Positions 9,426-18,033 of a stretch of 64,000 nucleotides of DNA are shown here, piece by piece. Where the stretch lies: NCBI GenBank assembly GCA_035548315.1, contig DASZTF010000044.1:159615-223614 (forward strand), in the 5' to 3' direction. Source of the DNA: Minisyncoccota bacterium (GTDB lineage: Bacteria; Patescibacteriota; Minisyncoccia; Phycocordibacterales; Phycocordibacteraceae). The first letter of the stretch is position 1. Every line of letters starts with the position of its first letter. The position numbers were made by a program, and so were the translations under genes. The notes beneath the pieces are model-generated. The model saw only the letters and a program-made list of their open reading frames with translations, had not been told where the DNA came from and did no database searches.

Positions 9426-9487
9426 ACCATATTTATTAGGTATCGCAATGATTGCCTCGCGCACGGGGGTGCTATCATCAAACTCAT

Positions 9488-9940
9488 ATGGCAATTCATG
9501 AATCGATCAAAGCAGGCATCCCCGCTGCAATGCGCGCGAAGGATGAGGTGACGCTGCGCACGCTGCGCTCCCTTACGACCGCAATGACCAATGAGGTCGT
9601 CGCGAAGAAGCGCAAGCCGGATGAATTCCTCACCGACGAGGAGGCTATCACCGTACTCAAGCGTGCGAGCAATCAGCGCAAGGACTCCATCGAGCAGTTT
9701 GATAAAGCCGGTCGCGCCGACCTTTCGGAGCCCGAGAAGGCGGAACTCGTCGTAATCGAGTCCTACCTCCCCGCCATGATGAGTCGCGAGGAAATTGAAA
9801 CGGTCGTGAAAGCGAAGATCGCAGAAATGGGTGCAGACAAATCAAAAGCCGGTATGCTGATAGGCGCCGTGATGAAGGAGCTCAAGGGCACGGCAGATGG
9901 CGGCGATGTAAAGGCCGTGGTGGGTGCCCTTCTCGGATAA
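9488..9940 (+). CDS. yqeY: GatB/YqeY domain protein
   Basis: MAIHESIKAGIPAAMRAKDEVTLRTLRSL...MLIGAVMKELKGTADGGDVKAVV is a typical YqeY family protein. Confidence 0.85.
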   Translation: MAIHESIKAGIPAAMRAKDEVTLRTLRSLTTAMTNEVVAKKRKPDEFLTDEEAITVLKRASNQRKDSIEQFDKAGRADLSEPEKAELVVIESYLPAMMSREEIETVVKAKIAEMGADKSKAGMLIGAVMKELKGTADGGDVKAVVGALLG

Positions 9941-9943
9941 GGT

Positions 9944-10345
9944 ATGAGGGGTGCGGAAGGCCAGCGTAAAAGAAAAACACCCGCAGCAGAAGGAATAGAC
10001 CCCGCTGGTTTTATTCCTGAACCCAAAGAGCGCCGCGATGAGAAGGGCGAAGTCATTCCATTCATAAGTCCCGTGCGCCGAGAAATGCTACGCCAAGAAG
10101 TTCAAAAGCGCATAGACAATGGTATGGATTTTTATAGTGCATTCGACGAAGCGTTTAATCGCAGCACGTTCTGGAAACACAACCTCGACCCCGAGTTGCT
10201 CGGCGCATACGCGACGGTGATCTTCGACTCCTACGGTAAGGAATACCGCCCGCAGGACGACTGGTTCCATAAAGACATCGCGCCGTATGTCGCTGAGGAA
10301 CGCGCGGCGATGGATAGCGAATTCAAGTCCCCTAGCGAGAGGTAG
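9944..10345 (+). CDS. Hypothetical protein (lower-GC accessory region)
   Basis: 133 aa ORF with no recognisable motifs; local GC of about 52% against a genome background above 60%. Confidence 0.4.
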   Translation: MRGAEGQRKRKTPAAEGIDPAGFIPEPKERRDEKGEVIPFISPVRREMLRQEVQKRIDNGMDFYSAFDEAFNRSTFWKHNLDPELLGAYATVIFDSYGKEYRPQDDWFHKDIAPYVAEERAAMDSEFKSPSER

Positions 10346-10351
10346 GAAGTG

Positions 10352-10365
10352 TGATATAATGCGAC
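10352..10365 (+). promoter_or_regulatory. Extended -10 promoter element (TGaTATAAT)
   Basis: gtgTGaTATAATgcg, 55 nt upstream of the ATG at 10420, which has an aagggggt Shine-Dalgarno. Confidence 0.45.
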
Positions 10366-10419
10366 CGGGCGTAGGGTAATGGTGGCTAACCTTAAGCAAA
10401 ACAAGTTAAGGGGGTTACC

Positions 10420-10788
10420 ATGAGTATCGAAATTCCTGCACTGATCCTCTATCCGACGAAGTTCGGAATGGGAGAGATATTGGTGGCAGCACGCCTGCCA
10501 CCGCTTGGGGATATGCCGATCAAAGAAGTGTCCCGCAAGCTTGAGTTCTTGGTCGGCAAGTACAAGCATGAGTACAACAGGATCCCGACGTTCGATTTGG
10601 ACGTAAGCTGCCCTCGTTGCCAATTGCTGCTCCCGGGCAACACTTTCACCTGGGCGCGCGAACGAGCAAACGAGCTCTCGGTACGACTCAGAATCAGCCT
10701 TAACGTGCCCAGCATGATGTGTGCCGTGCGGGGCGACAATAATGCCGTGCGTCGGGCTCTTTTCGAAGCGCATTCGGGAGTACACTGA
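10420..10788 (+). CDS. Hypothetical protein
   Basis: 122 aa. Has its own extended -10 and strong Shine-Dalgarno. Overlapping minus-strand ORFs were judged spurious. Confidence 0.5.
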   Translation: MSIEIPALILYPTKFGMGEILVAARLPPLGDMPIKEVSRKLEFLVGKYKHEYNRIPTFDLDVSCPRCQLLLPGNTFTWARERANELSVRLRISLNVPSMMCAVRGDNNAVRRALFEAHSGVH

Positions 10789-10930
10789 CCATCGACACAC
10801 CGCACGTGTAGGAGTTGCTGCAGAATGCAGCGCTCCTCACGGGGCGGTTTTTGTTTTCCCCACCCTACTTGCGTTTTCTGTAGCATGTGCTATTCTGGAG
10901 ACGTTCTCAACCAACCAGGGGAGGCACTTC

Positions 10931-11317
10931 GTGCCAAAAAGAAAGCTCTTTGGAAAAACCAAGAACCGTTTTACAGACTCCGCGCTTGGGGAAACCCGAC
11001 CGCGCACGTTCTGGAAAACGACCGCAATCATCTTCCTCACCGGCGTGTGTATCGCGCTTGGTGTAGGGTTTGAGTCTGCAATGGAAGACATGCTCCCGAA
11101 CGTAGGCCGCTACCAGGACCTTCAGGTCCAGTACGGTCCCATCTTTCACGGAGCAATGAAAACCGAGATCGAGCGCGTGGCACGCACGATAGACCAAGAT
11201 TTGGCTATCTCGACCACCTGTCTCGTACTTCTCGGATTCTGTTTGATCTGGAACCTCGTGCTCATAACACGTCGTATCCTGATTCACGCCGCATGGCGTT
11301 CTCACGCGACTCGCTGA
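10931..11317 (+). CDS. Hypothetical membrane protein (two TM helices), GTG start
   Basis: ggggagg Shine-Dalgarno 7 nt before GTG. TM helices TTAIIFLTGVCIALGVGF and LVLLGFCLIWNLVLI. The track ORF starts earlier at 10721. Confidence 0.4.
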   Translation: MPKRKLFGKTKNRFTDSALGETRPRTFWKTTAIIFLTGVCIALGVGFESAMEDMLPNVGRYQDLQVQYGPIFHGAMKTEIERVARTIDQDLAISTTCLVLLGFCLIWNLVLITRRILIHAAWRSHATR

Positions 11318-11494
11318 TTGCGGACCCGGTCCGCAATGCTACGATTCACCATCAACTAATGGAGGTATCCATGGTACATGCTTATGTATGTCACATCACT
11401 ACCAACGTTCTTGTATGAATGAACCGCACAGTGTTGCGGACCGTTTACGTTCTACTTCATTTCCCCGCCCCTTTCTGGTATAAAAAGAGCACTT

Positions 11495-11566
11495 GGCCCT
11501 ATCGTCTAACGGTTAGGACGGAGCCTTCTCAAGGCTTAAATCGGGGTTCGATTCCCCGTAGGGTCA
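11495..11566 (+). tRNA. tRNA-Glu (anticodon CUC)
   Basis: Manual cloverleaf: acceptor GGCCCTA/TAGGGTC, D-stem GTCT/GGAC, anticodon stem GAGCC/GGCTT, loop TTCTCAA, 4-nt variable loop, T-arm CGGGG-TTCGATT-CCCCG. No encoded CCA. Confidence 0.8.
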
Positions 11567-11571
11567 CATTC

Positions 11572-11600
11572 TTGACGTCTAAGTTTAAATAATGTATAGT
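11572..11600 (+). promoter_or_regulatory. Strong sigma70-like promoter (-35 TTGACG, 17-bp spacer, -10 TATAGT) immediately downstream of tRNA-Glu
   Basis: cTTGACGtctaagtttaaataatgTATAGTtaaat; drives the 11641 ORF. Confidence 0.55.
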
Positions 11601-11640
11601 TAAATAGTCACGACTGCTGAAGAATGGTCTTTACGCGTCG

Positions 11641-12378
11641 ATGACAAGCTCCCCGATTATCCGGGACAGCTCTCACACTGGAGAAATCCACATGAGTCGT
11701 TCATCACCGACTGCAGGTCAAATTCGTAAATTCTTGGATCTCCTCGAGCAGCATGGAGTCACGAGAGAGAATTTCCAGAAACGTCTCAGCTCTGCAGCAC
11801 TCGCCGATCTTTTCAATCCCGCAGCCGACCTCGAAGACTACGAGGCATGGCGCCTCGCACTCAAGCTCGGCATCGTGATGCCGGACGTTTTCACTATCCC
11901 CGTTGACTACGGTCTCTCCCCTGCTCAAATGATCGAGCTCGGTCACTACGACGGCCCGTATGGCCACGAAGACCGCGTGTCGTTCGAGGGCAAGGGGAAG
12001 GTCGAATTCGAAGCTCGGTACTTTCACTTCGCGGAAAGAAAGCCGAACGCTGAGGTATTCGAAGCTATGGTTACCGCCGACGCGCGGAATCAATGGTCGC
12101 CGGCAGGAGTTGAGCATCTGCTTTCTTTCGGCATCAAGTATCCCCATGAGCAGCGCAAGTTCAAGGTCGTTGCACTGGCTAATCCCGTACCCGTCAGAGA
12201 AAATGAGCAGCTTGGGAGTAGCATTAGTTACTTTTCCCTCGGAATGTCAGGACCCAAGTATGATAGTGGACGTCAGAGGGTTTTCTGCTCTGAGTACTAC
12301 TCGGAAACCGGGTTCAATCTGAGGTTCTGGGAACCGAATATACGCTTTTTAGCGGTCCGGAAACCACGGGTAGCTTGA
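11641..12378 (+). CDS. Hypothetical protein (245 aa), low-GC accessory gene next to tRNA-Glu
   Basis: No recognisable domain. AT-rich flanks; preceded by a strong promoter and followed by a terminator. An internal Met (MSRSS, 11689) may be the start. Confidence 0.55.
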   Translation: MTSSPIIRDSSHTGEIHMSRSSPTAGQIRKFLDLLEQHGVTRENFQKRLSSAALADLFNPAADLEDYEAWRLALKLGIVMPDVFTIPVDYGLSPAQMIELGHYDGPYGHEDRVSFEGKGKVEFEARYFHFAERKPNAEVFEAMVTADARNQWSPAGVEHLLSFGIKYPHEQRKFKVVALANPVPVRENEQLGSSISYFSLGMSGPKYDSGRQRVFCSEYYSETGFNLRFWEPNIRFLAVRKPRVA

Positions 12379-12392
12379 GACAAACAATTCAA

Positions 12393-12435
12393 AACGGGCG
12401 CCGACAAAGAGAGTCGGTGCCCGTTCTAATTTATT
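12393..12435. terminator. Bidirectional rho-independent terminator between convergent genes
   Basis: aacgggcgccgac-aaagagag-tcggtgcccgtt followed by ctaatttatt. Confidence 0.65.
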
Positions 12436-12445
12436 GCCACGATCG

Positions 12446-12907
12446 TTACCACAATATTGTCCCCTCGTTATTTACTTGAATTGAGGTTGAGGCATCACCT
12501 TGGGACAGATCAATCTCGGCTGGAGAGGTGGTGCCGGAGAGCTGCGTGAATATGATCTCGTTTCCTGAACCGCAGGTTGGAACACCGGAAACGATGACGC
12601 TCGCGGACTTGGTTCCGTACTCTTCCTTCGCATTGCTCGCGTAGGGTGATCTGAATACTTCATATACACCGATCGCGTCATAGCAGAAACCATGCGGAAC
12701 ATTGCTGTCGTTCCCCATCGCGCGGCTGCGCGCTCGAGAAAGCAGCGCCACGATGAGATCTCGTTCTCCCGTGATGTTTGCGCGGGAGTACGGGAAGAAC
12801 GTGCTCCGTATCCCAAGACCCAGCACGATGCCTAATAGCGCGAGCGTCACGAGCACCTCAAGGAGGGTAAATCCGCTAGCGCGCATTGAGGTGCTGCGTG
12901 ATTTCAT
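12446..12907 (-). CDS. Type IV pilin/pseudopilin (prepilin-type N-terminal cleavage/methylation domain)
   Basis: MRASG|FTLLEVLVTLALLGIVLGLGI is a class III signal peptide with a G-F cleavage site, E+5, and hydrophobic helix. Confidence 0.8.
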   Translation of the reverse strand: MKSRSTSMRASGFTLLEVLVTLALLGIVLGLGIRSTFFPYSRANITGERDLIVALLSRARSRAMGNDSNVPHGFCYDAIGVYEVFRSPYASNAKEEYGTKSASVIVSGVPTCGSGNEIIFTQLSGTTSPAEIDLSQGDASTSIQVNNEGTILW

Positions 12908-13931
12908 ACATCGGCGTGATCATGGATATGGCGACGAACCCGACGATGCTTCCCATTGCGATCATGAGTGCGGGCTCGACGAGCGCCGTGATCCTCCGCG
13001 TCTGCTCTTCCACTTCCTCGGCGTAGTACGTCGCCAGGTACGCGAGGCTTTCGAGGAGCGAACCGCTCGACTCTCCTACCTGGGTCATGTGAGCCACTAG
13101 ACTTGGGAACACGTGTGGGAGCGCGCGTAGCGGTGCGCCGAGCCCGACCCCACGCTCCACAGCGTCTGCAAGTGCAGCGAGCGCCCCGCGGTGGCGCTCG
13201 CTGCGGACCGTGCTGCGTGCATGGGTCAGTGCTTCCCGGAGCGGCATACCGCTCTGGAGCAGCAGCGCGAGTATGCGCGTGAGGGTCGCGAGTGCGTAGG
13301 CATCATAGAGCGGTCCGAGTAATGGCGTGTAGTGCAGCACTGCCTCGCTCCATAGTCGTACGGTGCGTACCCGCCGCACGAGCAGCACCAGTGCGATCCC
13401 TACGCCTGCCGCCACGATGCCGGTCACGAGTCCCCACGCACGGAGGTAGTCGCTTAACGCAAGCACCAGCCTGGTAGAGAGTGGCAGCGAGACGCTGAGT
13501 CCCGCGAATACCGGCACGATTTTGGGGAATATAAACAGGACGAGTCCTCCGGTGAGCATGATAGTCGCGACGGCGATGACGGCCGGATACATAAGCGCCC
13601 CGATGATTTTATTGCGCAGCGTAGCCGCACTTGCGAGCTCGTGGGCCAGGTAGTGGAGATTGGGCGCGAGCGAGCCGCTCGCCTCCCCCACCCCGATCAC
13701 CGCAATACTAAACGCACCCACCAGTCCGGTACGCTCGAGGCTCGCGGCGAGCGTCTGCCCCGCTGCGATAGACTCTGCAGCACCTGCGATGGCCGCGCGC
13801 ACGCGGGTGCCGTGCAGCTGACTACCGAGCAGCGTGAGCGCATCGGTAAGCGGCATACCGGCTTCAAGAAGGAACGAAAGTCGCTTCATAAAGAACGCTT
13901 CTTCCCGCCCGCCGAGGCGCCGACTACTCAT
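12876..13931 (-). CDS. pilC: Type II secretion/type IV pilus platform protein (GspF/PilC family)
   Basis: Two GspF repeats, e.g. LSFLLEAGMPLTDALTLL and LALLLQSGMPLREALTHA; polytopic membrane protein. Confidence 0.85.
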   Translation of the reverse strand: MSSRRLGGREEAFFMKRLSFLLEAGMPLTDALTLLGSQLHGTRVRAAIAGAAESIAAGQTLAASLERTGLVGAFSIAVIGVGEASGSLAPNLHYLAHELASAATLRNKIIGALMYPAVIAVATIMLTGGLVLFIFPKIVPVFAGLSVSLPLSTRLVLALSDYLRAWGLVTGIVAAGVGIALVLLVRRVRTVRLWSEAVLHYTPLLGPLYDAYALATLTRILALLLQSGMPLREALTHARSTVRSERHRGALAALADAVERGVGLGAPLRALPHVFPSLVAHMTQVGESSGSLLESLAYLATYYAEEVEEQTRRITALVEPALMIAMGSIVGFVAISMITPMYEITQHLNAR

Positions 13932-15045
13932 ACGCGGCGCGGAGCACTTCCTCGTGCGTGGTGATGCCGGCGGCGACTTTCTCCCTGCCGTCCTCTGCGA
14001 GGGTGGTCATGCCTTCTTCGCGTGCGATCGCAGCCATTTCATGGGCGGGTGCTGTCCGCGCGATCGCATCGCGCATCCGGTCCCGTACGGTGAGCACTTC
14101 ATGCAGGGCGATACGACCGCAGTACCCACTGCCGTTACAGGGCTCGCATCCCGTGCCTGCGCACGCGGTGCATACCCGCCGTACGAGCCTTTGTGCGATG
14201 ACGAGCTCGACCGTGCTCGCAAGGAGGTAGGGTGCTACGCCCATATCCAGGAGGCGCGGCAGCGAAGTCACTGCGTCCGTGGTGTGCAGCGTGGAGAGCA
14301 TGAGGTGCCCGGTGAGTGCAGTATTGACCGCGATCGCGGCAGTCTCTTCGTCGCGCACTTCGCCCACCATCATGACGTCGGGGTCCTGGCGCAGGAGCGC
14401 CCGGAGCCCGTGGGCGAAGGAAAGTCCCGTACGATGGTTCACCTGGATCTGGCGGACGCTAGGAATCGCGTACTCGATGGGGTCCTCGATGGTGACGATG
14501 AGCCGCTCGGGAGCGACGAGCATCCCGATGAGCGTGTAGAGTGTGGTGGTCTTCCCCGAGCCAGTCGGCCCCGTGGCGAGCACCATGCCGCCTGGTCGCT
14601 CGATCGCGTGAGTGATCGCCGCTACGGCGACATCGCTGAATCCGAGCGAGGCAAGCGTGGGAGATTTCTGAGTACTTGTAAGAAGACGCAGCACGGCATT
14701 CTCGCCGTGATACGTGGGCACCACGGAGACTCGTACATCGATCCAGGTGCCATCGGCAAAGGTATGCCGGAACCGTCCATCTTGCGCGGCGTTGTGTTCG
14801 TCGGTACGTAGATTCGCGAGGACTTTGATGCGCGAGATTACCTCCCCATGGGTATGCGGCGGCAGTGTGTGCCGATCCAGAAGGAGTCCATCGACCCGCA
14901 CCCGCACCCGAATGCCTTCGGGGGTCGGATCGAGGTGCAGGTCAGACGCACGCAGGGCATGCGCTTCTTCGATGAGCATCGAGACGAGGGAGACGATAGA
15001 CACGCTCCGCTCGCCCTGCCGCGTGACCGGTGCGAGCGGTGGCAT
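13924..15045 (-). CDS. pilB: Type IV pilus/T2SS assembly ATPase (GspE/PilB family, short form lacking the N1 domain)
   Basis: Walker A (LVTGPTGSGKTTTLYTL), Asp and His boxes, and a C-terminal tetracysteine (CTACAGTGCEPCNGSGYC) typical of GspE/PilB rather than PilT. Confidence 0.85.
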   Translation of the reverse strand: MPPLAPVTRQGERSVSIVSLVSMLIEEAHALRASDLHLDPTPEGIRVRVRVDGLLLDRHTLPPHTHGEVISRIKVLANLRTDEHNAAQDGRFRHTFADGTWIDVRVSVVPTYHGENAVLRLLTSTQKSPTLASLGFSDVAVAAITHAIERPGGMVLATGPTGSGKTTTLYTLIGMLVAPERLIVTIEDPIEYAIPSVRQIQVNHRTGLSFAHGLRALLRQDPDVMMVGEVRDEETAAIAVNTALTGHLMLSTLHTTDAVTSLPRLLDMGVAPYLLASTVELVIAQRLVRRVCTACAGTGCEPCNGSGYCGRIALHEVLTVRDRMRDAIARTAPAHEMAAIAREEGMTTLAEDGREKVAAGITTHEEVLRAAYE

Positions 15046-15129
15046 GGGCTTCTCGTGAGCATAGCAAAACCGCCCCCAGCTTTTGGCCGAGAGCGGTTTT
15101 GTCTGTGGAGACTAGTGTCCCAGAATTGG

Positions 15130-15714
15130 TTAGCGTGCTGCCACTTCAGTCGAGGTAGCTGCCGGGATGACCCCGCCCTCTGCGACCATCTTCGCAAGCG
15201 CTGCCTGCGTCGACGGGACGTCGGAGAGCTTCATGAAGCCGACCACCTGGACCGTGACGTTGTCACAGATACCAAGGACGCGGCTCGGATTCTTGGGTAC
15301 GCCACCGCTCATAATCGTGTCGTCCTGGTCGAGGAGCACGTCCACGCGCTTGGTAAAGCGGGAGTTCATGCTGTCGCCGATGACGCGATACCCGATGAGG
15401 GGTTCGACGGCGTCGTAGCCACAATCCGCCGAGTCGGCACCCGGGGCGCGATTGATCGCGACCACGGTACCGAACGGAAGGTCATGAGCCAAGTCTACCG
15501 AGCGGGCCGCAATGACGTCGGGGTTAGAGCGGAGACCGCTCGCCGTCGTCATCGGGTCACCGTCCGTCTGGCCTACCACGGCGTTATACGAGGTAAGCGT
15601 GACGGAGTAACTCGGAAGCGCAAGCGGCACGGGGGCCGCGGGCGCAGATGCCGCATGGGCACCTGACATAATAAAAAATCCAGCCACAAGAGCTGAAGCG
15701 ATAAGTGTTGACAT
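15130..15714 (-). CDS. Secreted 3D-domain protein (YuiC/MltA-like 3D cell-wall hydrolase domain)
   Basis: Signal peptide, then LTSYNAVVGQTDGDPMTTASGLRSNPDVIAARS...LPFGTVVAIN...GYRVIGDSMNSRFTKRVDVLLD, which carries the 3D-domain Asp motifs. Confidence 0.7.
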   Translation of the reverse strand: MSTLIASALVAGFFIMSGAHAASAPAAPVPLALPSYSVTLTSYNAVVGQTDGDPMTTASGLRSNPDVIAARSVDLAHDLPFGTVVAINRAPGADSADCGYDAVEPLIGYRVIGDSMNSRFTKRVDVLLDQDDTIMSGGVPKNPSRVLGICDNVTVQVVGFMKLSDVPSTQAALAKMVAEGGVIPAATSTEVAAR

Positions 15715-15743
15715 AGCACGAAACCAATTGGCTTCGTATCACC

Positions 15744-15772
15744 ATATTAGCACATATCCTGTCAATAGTCAA
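15744..15772 (-). promoter_or_regulatory. Near-consensus sigma70 promoter for the 3D-domain gene (-35 TTGACT, 17-bp spacer, extended -10 TGcTAATAT); 18-bp imperfect palindrome in the leader
   Basis: Minus strand: TTGACTattgacaggatatgtgcTAATAT. Leader cgaaaccaattggcttcg is palindromic 8 of 9. Confidence 0.55.
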
Positions 15773-15866
15773 TGGGTCCAATTGCCCCATTTGGGAGACA
15801 GGGGTCGAGAATATGGCTTAAAATCTCGCTATTTTTGTCTTCTCCGTAAACTCATTTTGCCCATTT

Positions 15867-16970
15867 TTACCGGGCTACCCGCTTCTTATGGGCGGCTATG
15901 TTGAGGATTATGCCCACCGCAGAGAGGGCGGCAAGCAGCGCAGTGCCTCCGTGGCTCACAAATGGCAGTGGCAGGCCGGTAAGAGGCAGTACGCCGAGCA
16001 TGGCGCCTATATTCAGGAAGGCGGAAAGTACGATCATAAGGGTGAGTCCGGTGGCTATATAGGTGCCGGCCAGGTTCCCGGACTCTGAGGCGATCTTGAG
16101 GCCGCGCGCGGCGAACGCCACGAAGATCATAAGCAGGATGACTCCCCCGATGAAGCCAAACTCCTCTGCGAATACGGCAAATACGGAGTCGTCGGTGGCC
16201 TCCGGCAGGTAGTTGAATTTCTCCACGCTCTGGCCGAATCCCCTGCCCATGATGCCGCCCGACCCTATGGCGATGAGCGACTGCTGGATCTGGTAGCCTG
16301 AGGTCAGCGCATTATCTGAAGGATGCATAAAGGTCTCGATACGCTGGAGGAGGTAGGGCCGGATGAGGATCAGCGCTCCAAGCCCTATGAGGGCTATGAG
16401 CACCAGGAGCCCAATATCGCGCCACGGGGCGCCAGCCAGGAGGTACATGGCGACGCACGTGGCCGACAGGATAAGGGCAGTGGAGGTGTTGGGCTGGAGC
16501 AGGAGGAGCGCTACGGGCACTCCCACGATGACCACGAATGGCACGAGCCCCGATCGCCAATTGGAGACCCGGTTCTTAGCGTAGGCCAAGTACCCCCCGA
16601 ACATAAGGATGGTGCCAATTTTGAGGAACTCTGCCGGCTGGAAGGTAGCAAATCCGAGGTTGAGCCAGCGGGAGGCGCCATTGGTATGCACCCCGATCCC
16701 CGGCATGAACACGAGTACCGTAAGAAACAGCATGAATAGATAGAACGGGAGGGTACCCTTGGCGATCCATTTTGAAGGCATAAAGCGCAGTACGAGAAGC
16801 GCGATGAGGCCGGGGATGAGGCCGAGCACGAGCTGGGTCTCGGCGATACGCACCACCGACGCGTTCTCGCGGGCGAGGAGGCCAAGCGAGGCCGAAAAGA
16901 ATATCGCGAGACCGCCGAGTACCAATATCGCCACAATAGCGACGAACACCCGATCTCCGAGGAGCTTCAT
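15867..16970 (-). CDS. rodA: SEDS-family peptidoglycan glycosyltransferase (RodA/FtsW)
   Basis: 10-TM profile; conserved C-terminal ...FVSHGGTALLAALSAVGIILNIA. Confidence 0.9.
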   Translation of the reverse strand: MKLLGDRVFVAIVAILVLGGLAIFFSASLGLLARENASVVRIAETQLVLGLIPGLIALLVLRFMPSKWIAKGTLPFYLFMLFLTVLVFMPGIGVHTNGASRWLNLGFATFQPAEFLKIGTILMFGGYLAYAKNRVSNWRSGLVPFVVIVGVPVALLLLQPNTSTALILSATCVAMYLLAGAPWRDIGLLVLIALIGLGALILIRPYLLQRIETFMHPSDNALTSGYQIQQSLIAIGSGGIMGRGFGQSVEKFNYLPEATDDSVFAVFAEEFGFIGGVILLMIFVAFAARGLKIASESGNLAGTYIATGLTLMIVLSAFLNIGAMLGVLPLTGLPLPFVSHGGTALLAALSAVGIILNIAAHKKRVAR

Positions 16971-16974
16971 CCTC

Positions 16975-18033
16975 CTATTTTAGCAGAGCCAGGGAGAGAC
17001 CGAAGGCACCGGCGATGATGGTGATAATCCAGTAGCGCATGGTGACCTTGTAGGGCGGCCAGCCGACGGCTTCAAAATGGTGATGGATGGGAGCGACGCG
17101 GAACAGTTTGCGTTTGAGTACCACTTTCCAGAACACCTGGAGTACGCTTGAAAGCACCGTGGCCGTGAGCGGGAGTGCGAGGATGGGCAGCACGAACACC
17201 CCCACCCCATCGCCGAGCGTATCAGCAGAGAACGCGGTGACGGTGAGTGCGAGGGTGAGCGCCATAGTGCCGGTCTCTGATAAATAGAAACGCGCAGGAG
17301 GAATGTTGAACCACAGGAACGCCAGAATGGCGCCCGAGACCGCGGCCGAGAATGCGGCAAGCGCGATCTGGTCTTGCATGAATGCGATTCCGGCATATGC
17401 CATGAATACGATGCCGAACACACCGCCCGCAAGCCCGTCGATGCCGTCGATAATGCCGCCCGCGTACACAAAGAGCGCTACGAGAATGAAGAACGGTATG
17501 AAAAGCGGGCCGAGCTCAAGCGGTGTGCCGAACGGAATGCCGATCGAATCGACCGCGAGCTTTGCGTAGAACCACCACCCACAGAAACCAGAAATGGCGG
17601 CGACGATGATGAGCCGCGTGCGCAGCGGGAGCCCGCCGACCGACTGGGAGACTTCGAGCACATCGTCCACGAGGCCTACGAGTGCGCCGAGCCCGAGCGC
17701 AAAGAGCGGAAGCCAGGTCTGGCTGCGGGCGATGAAGTCAAGCGTCGAGAATGGTTCGCCGAAGAGATTGCCGAGTGTCCAGATACCGAGCGCGGTGACG
17801 AGGATCGCCACCCAGATCAAGATGCCACCCATGCGGGGCGTCGATACTTCGCGCTCTTTGTGGAGCTCGTCGAATATGGGTGTGCCACCGCCACCGATAC
17901 CCTTACCCTTCCCTGCGCGCTTCTTCCAGGCCTTGTGCTTATAGAGGTAGTGCGTGAGTATCGGTGCTGCAGCGATACCTATCGCGAAGGCGACGACCGC
18001 TGGGATGAGCACACGTGCAGCATCTACAATCAT
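16975..18033 (-). CDS. mraY: Phospho-N-acetylmuramoyl-pentapeptide transferase
   Basis: Conserved DD motif (LVGLVDDVLEV), GIDGLAGG, and PIHHHFE. Confidence 0.95.
   Translation of the reverse strand: MIVDAARVLIPAVVAFAIGIAAAPILTHYLYKHKAWKKRAGKGKGIGGGGTPIFDELHKEREVSTPRMGGILIWVAILVTALGIWTLGNLFGEPFSTLDFIARSQTWLPLFALGLGALVGLVDDVLEVSQSVGGLPLRTRLIIVAAISGFCGWWFYAKLAVDSIGIPFGTPLELGPLFIPFFILVALFVYAGGIIDGIDGLAGGVFGIVFMAYAGIAFMQDQIALAAFSAAVSGAILAFLWFNIPPARFYLSETGTMALTLALTVTAFSADTLGDGVGVFVLPILALPLTATVLSSVLQVFWKVVLKRKLFRVAPIHHHFEAVGWPPYKVTMRYWIITIIAGAFGLSLALLK

Noticed and set aside
10231-10886. 189- and 145-aa minus-strand ORFs
   Set aside because: Overlap the plus-strand ORF 10420..10788, which has a clear extended -10 promoter and GGGGG Shine-Dalgarno; minus ORFs lack expression signals.
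15046-15129. Possible terminator between the 3D-domain gene and pilB
   Set aside because: aaaaccgc...gcggtttt stem encloses a 19-nt loop without convincing inner pairing; too weak to call.
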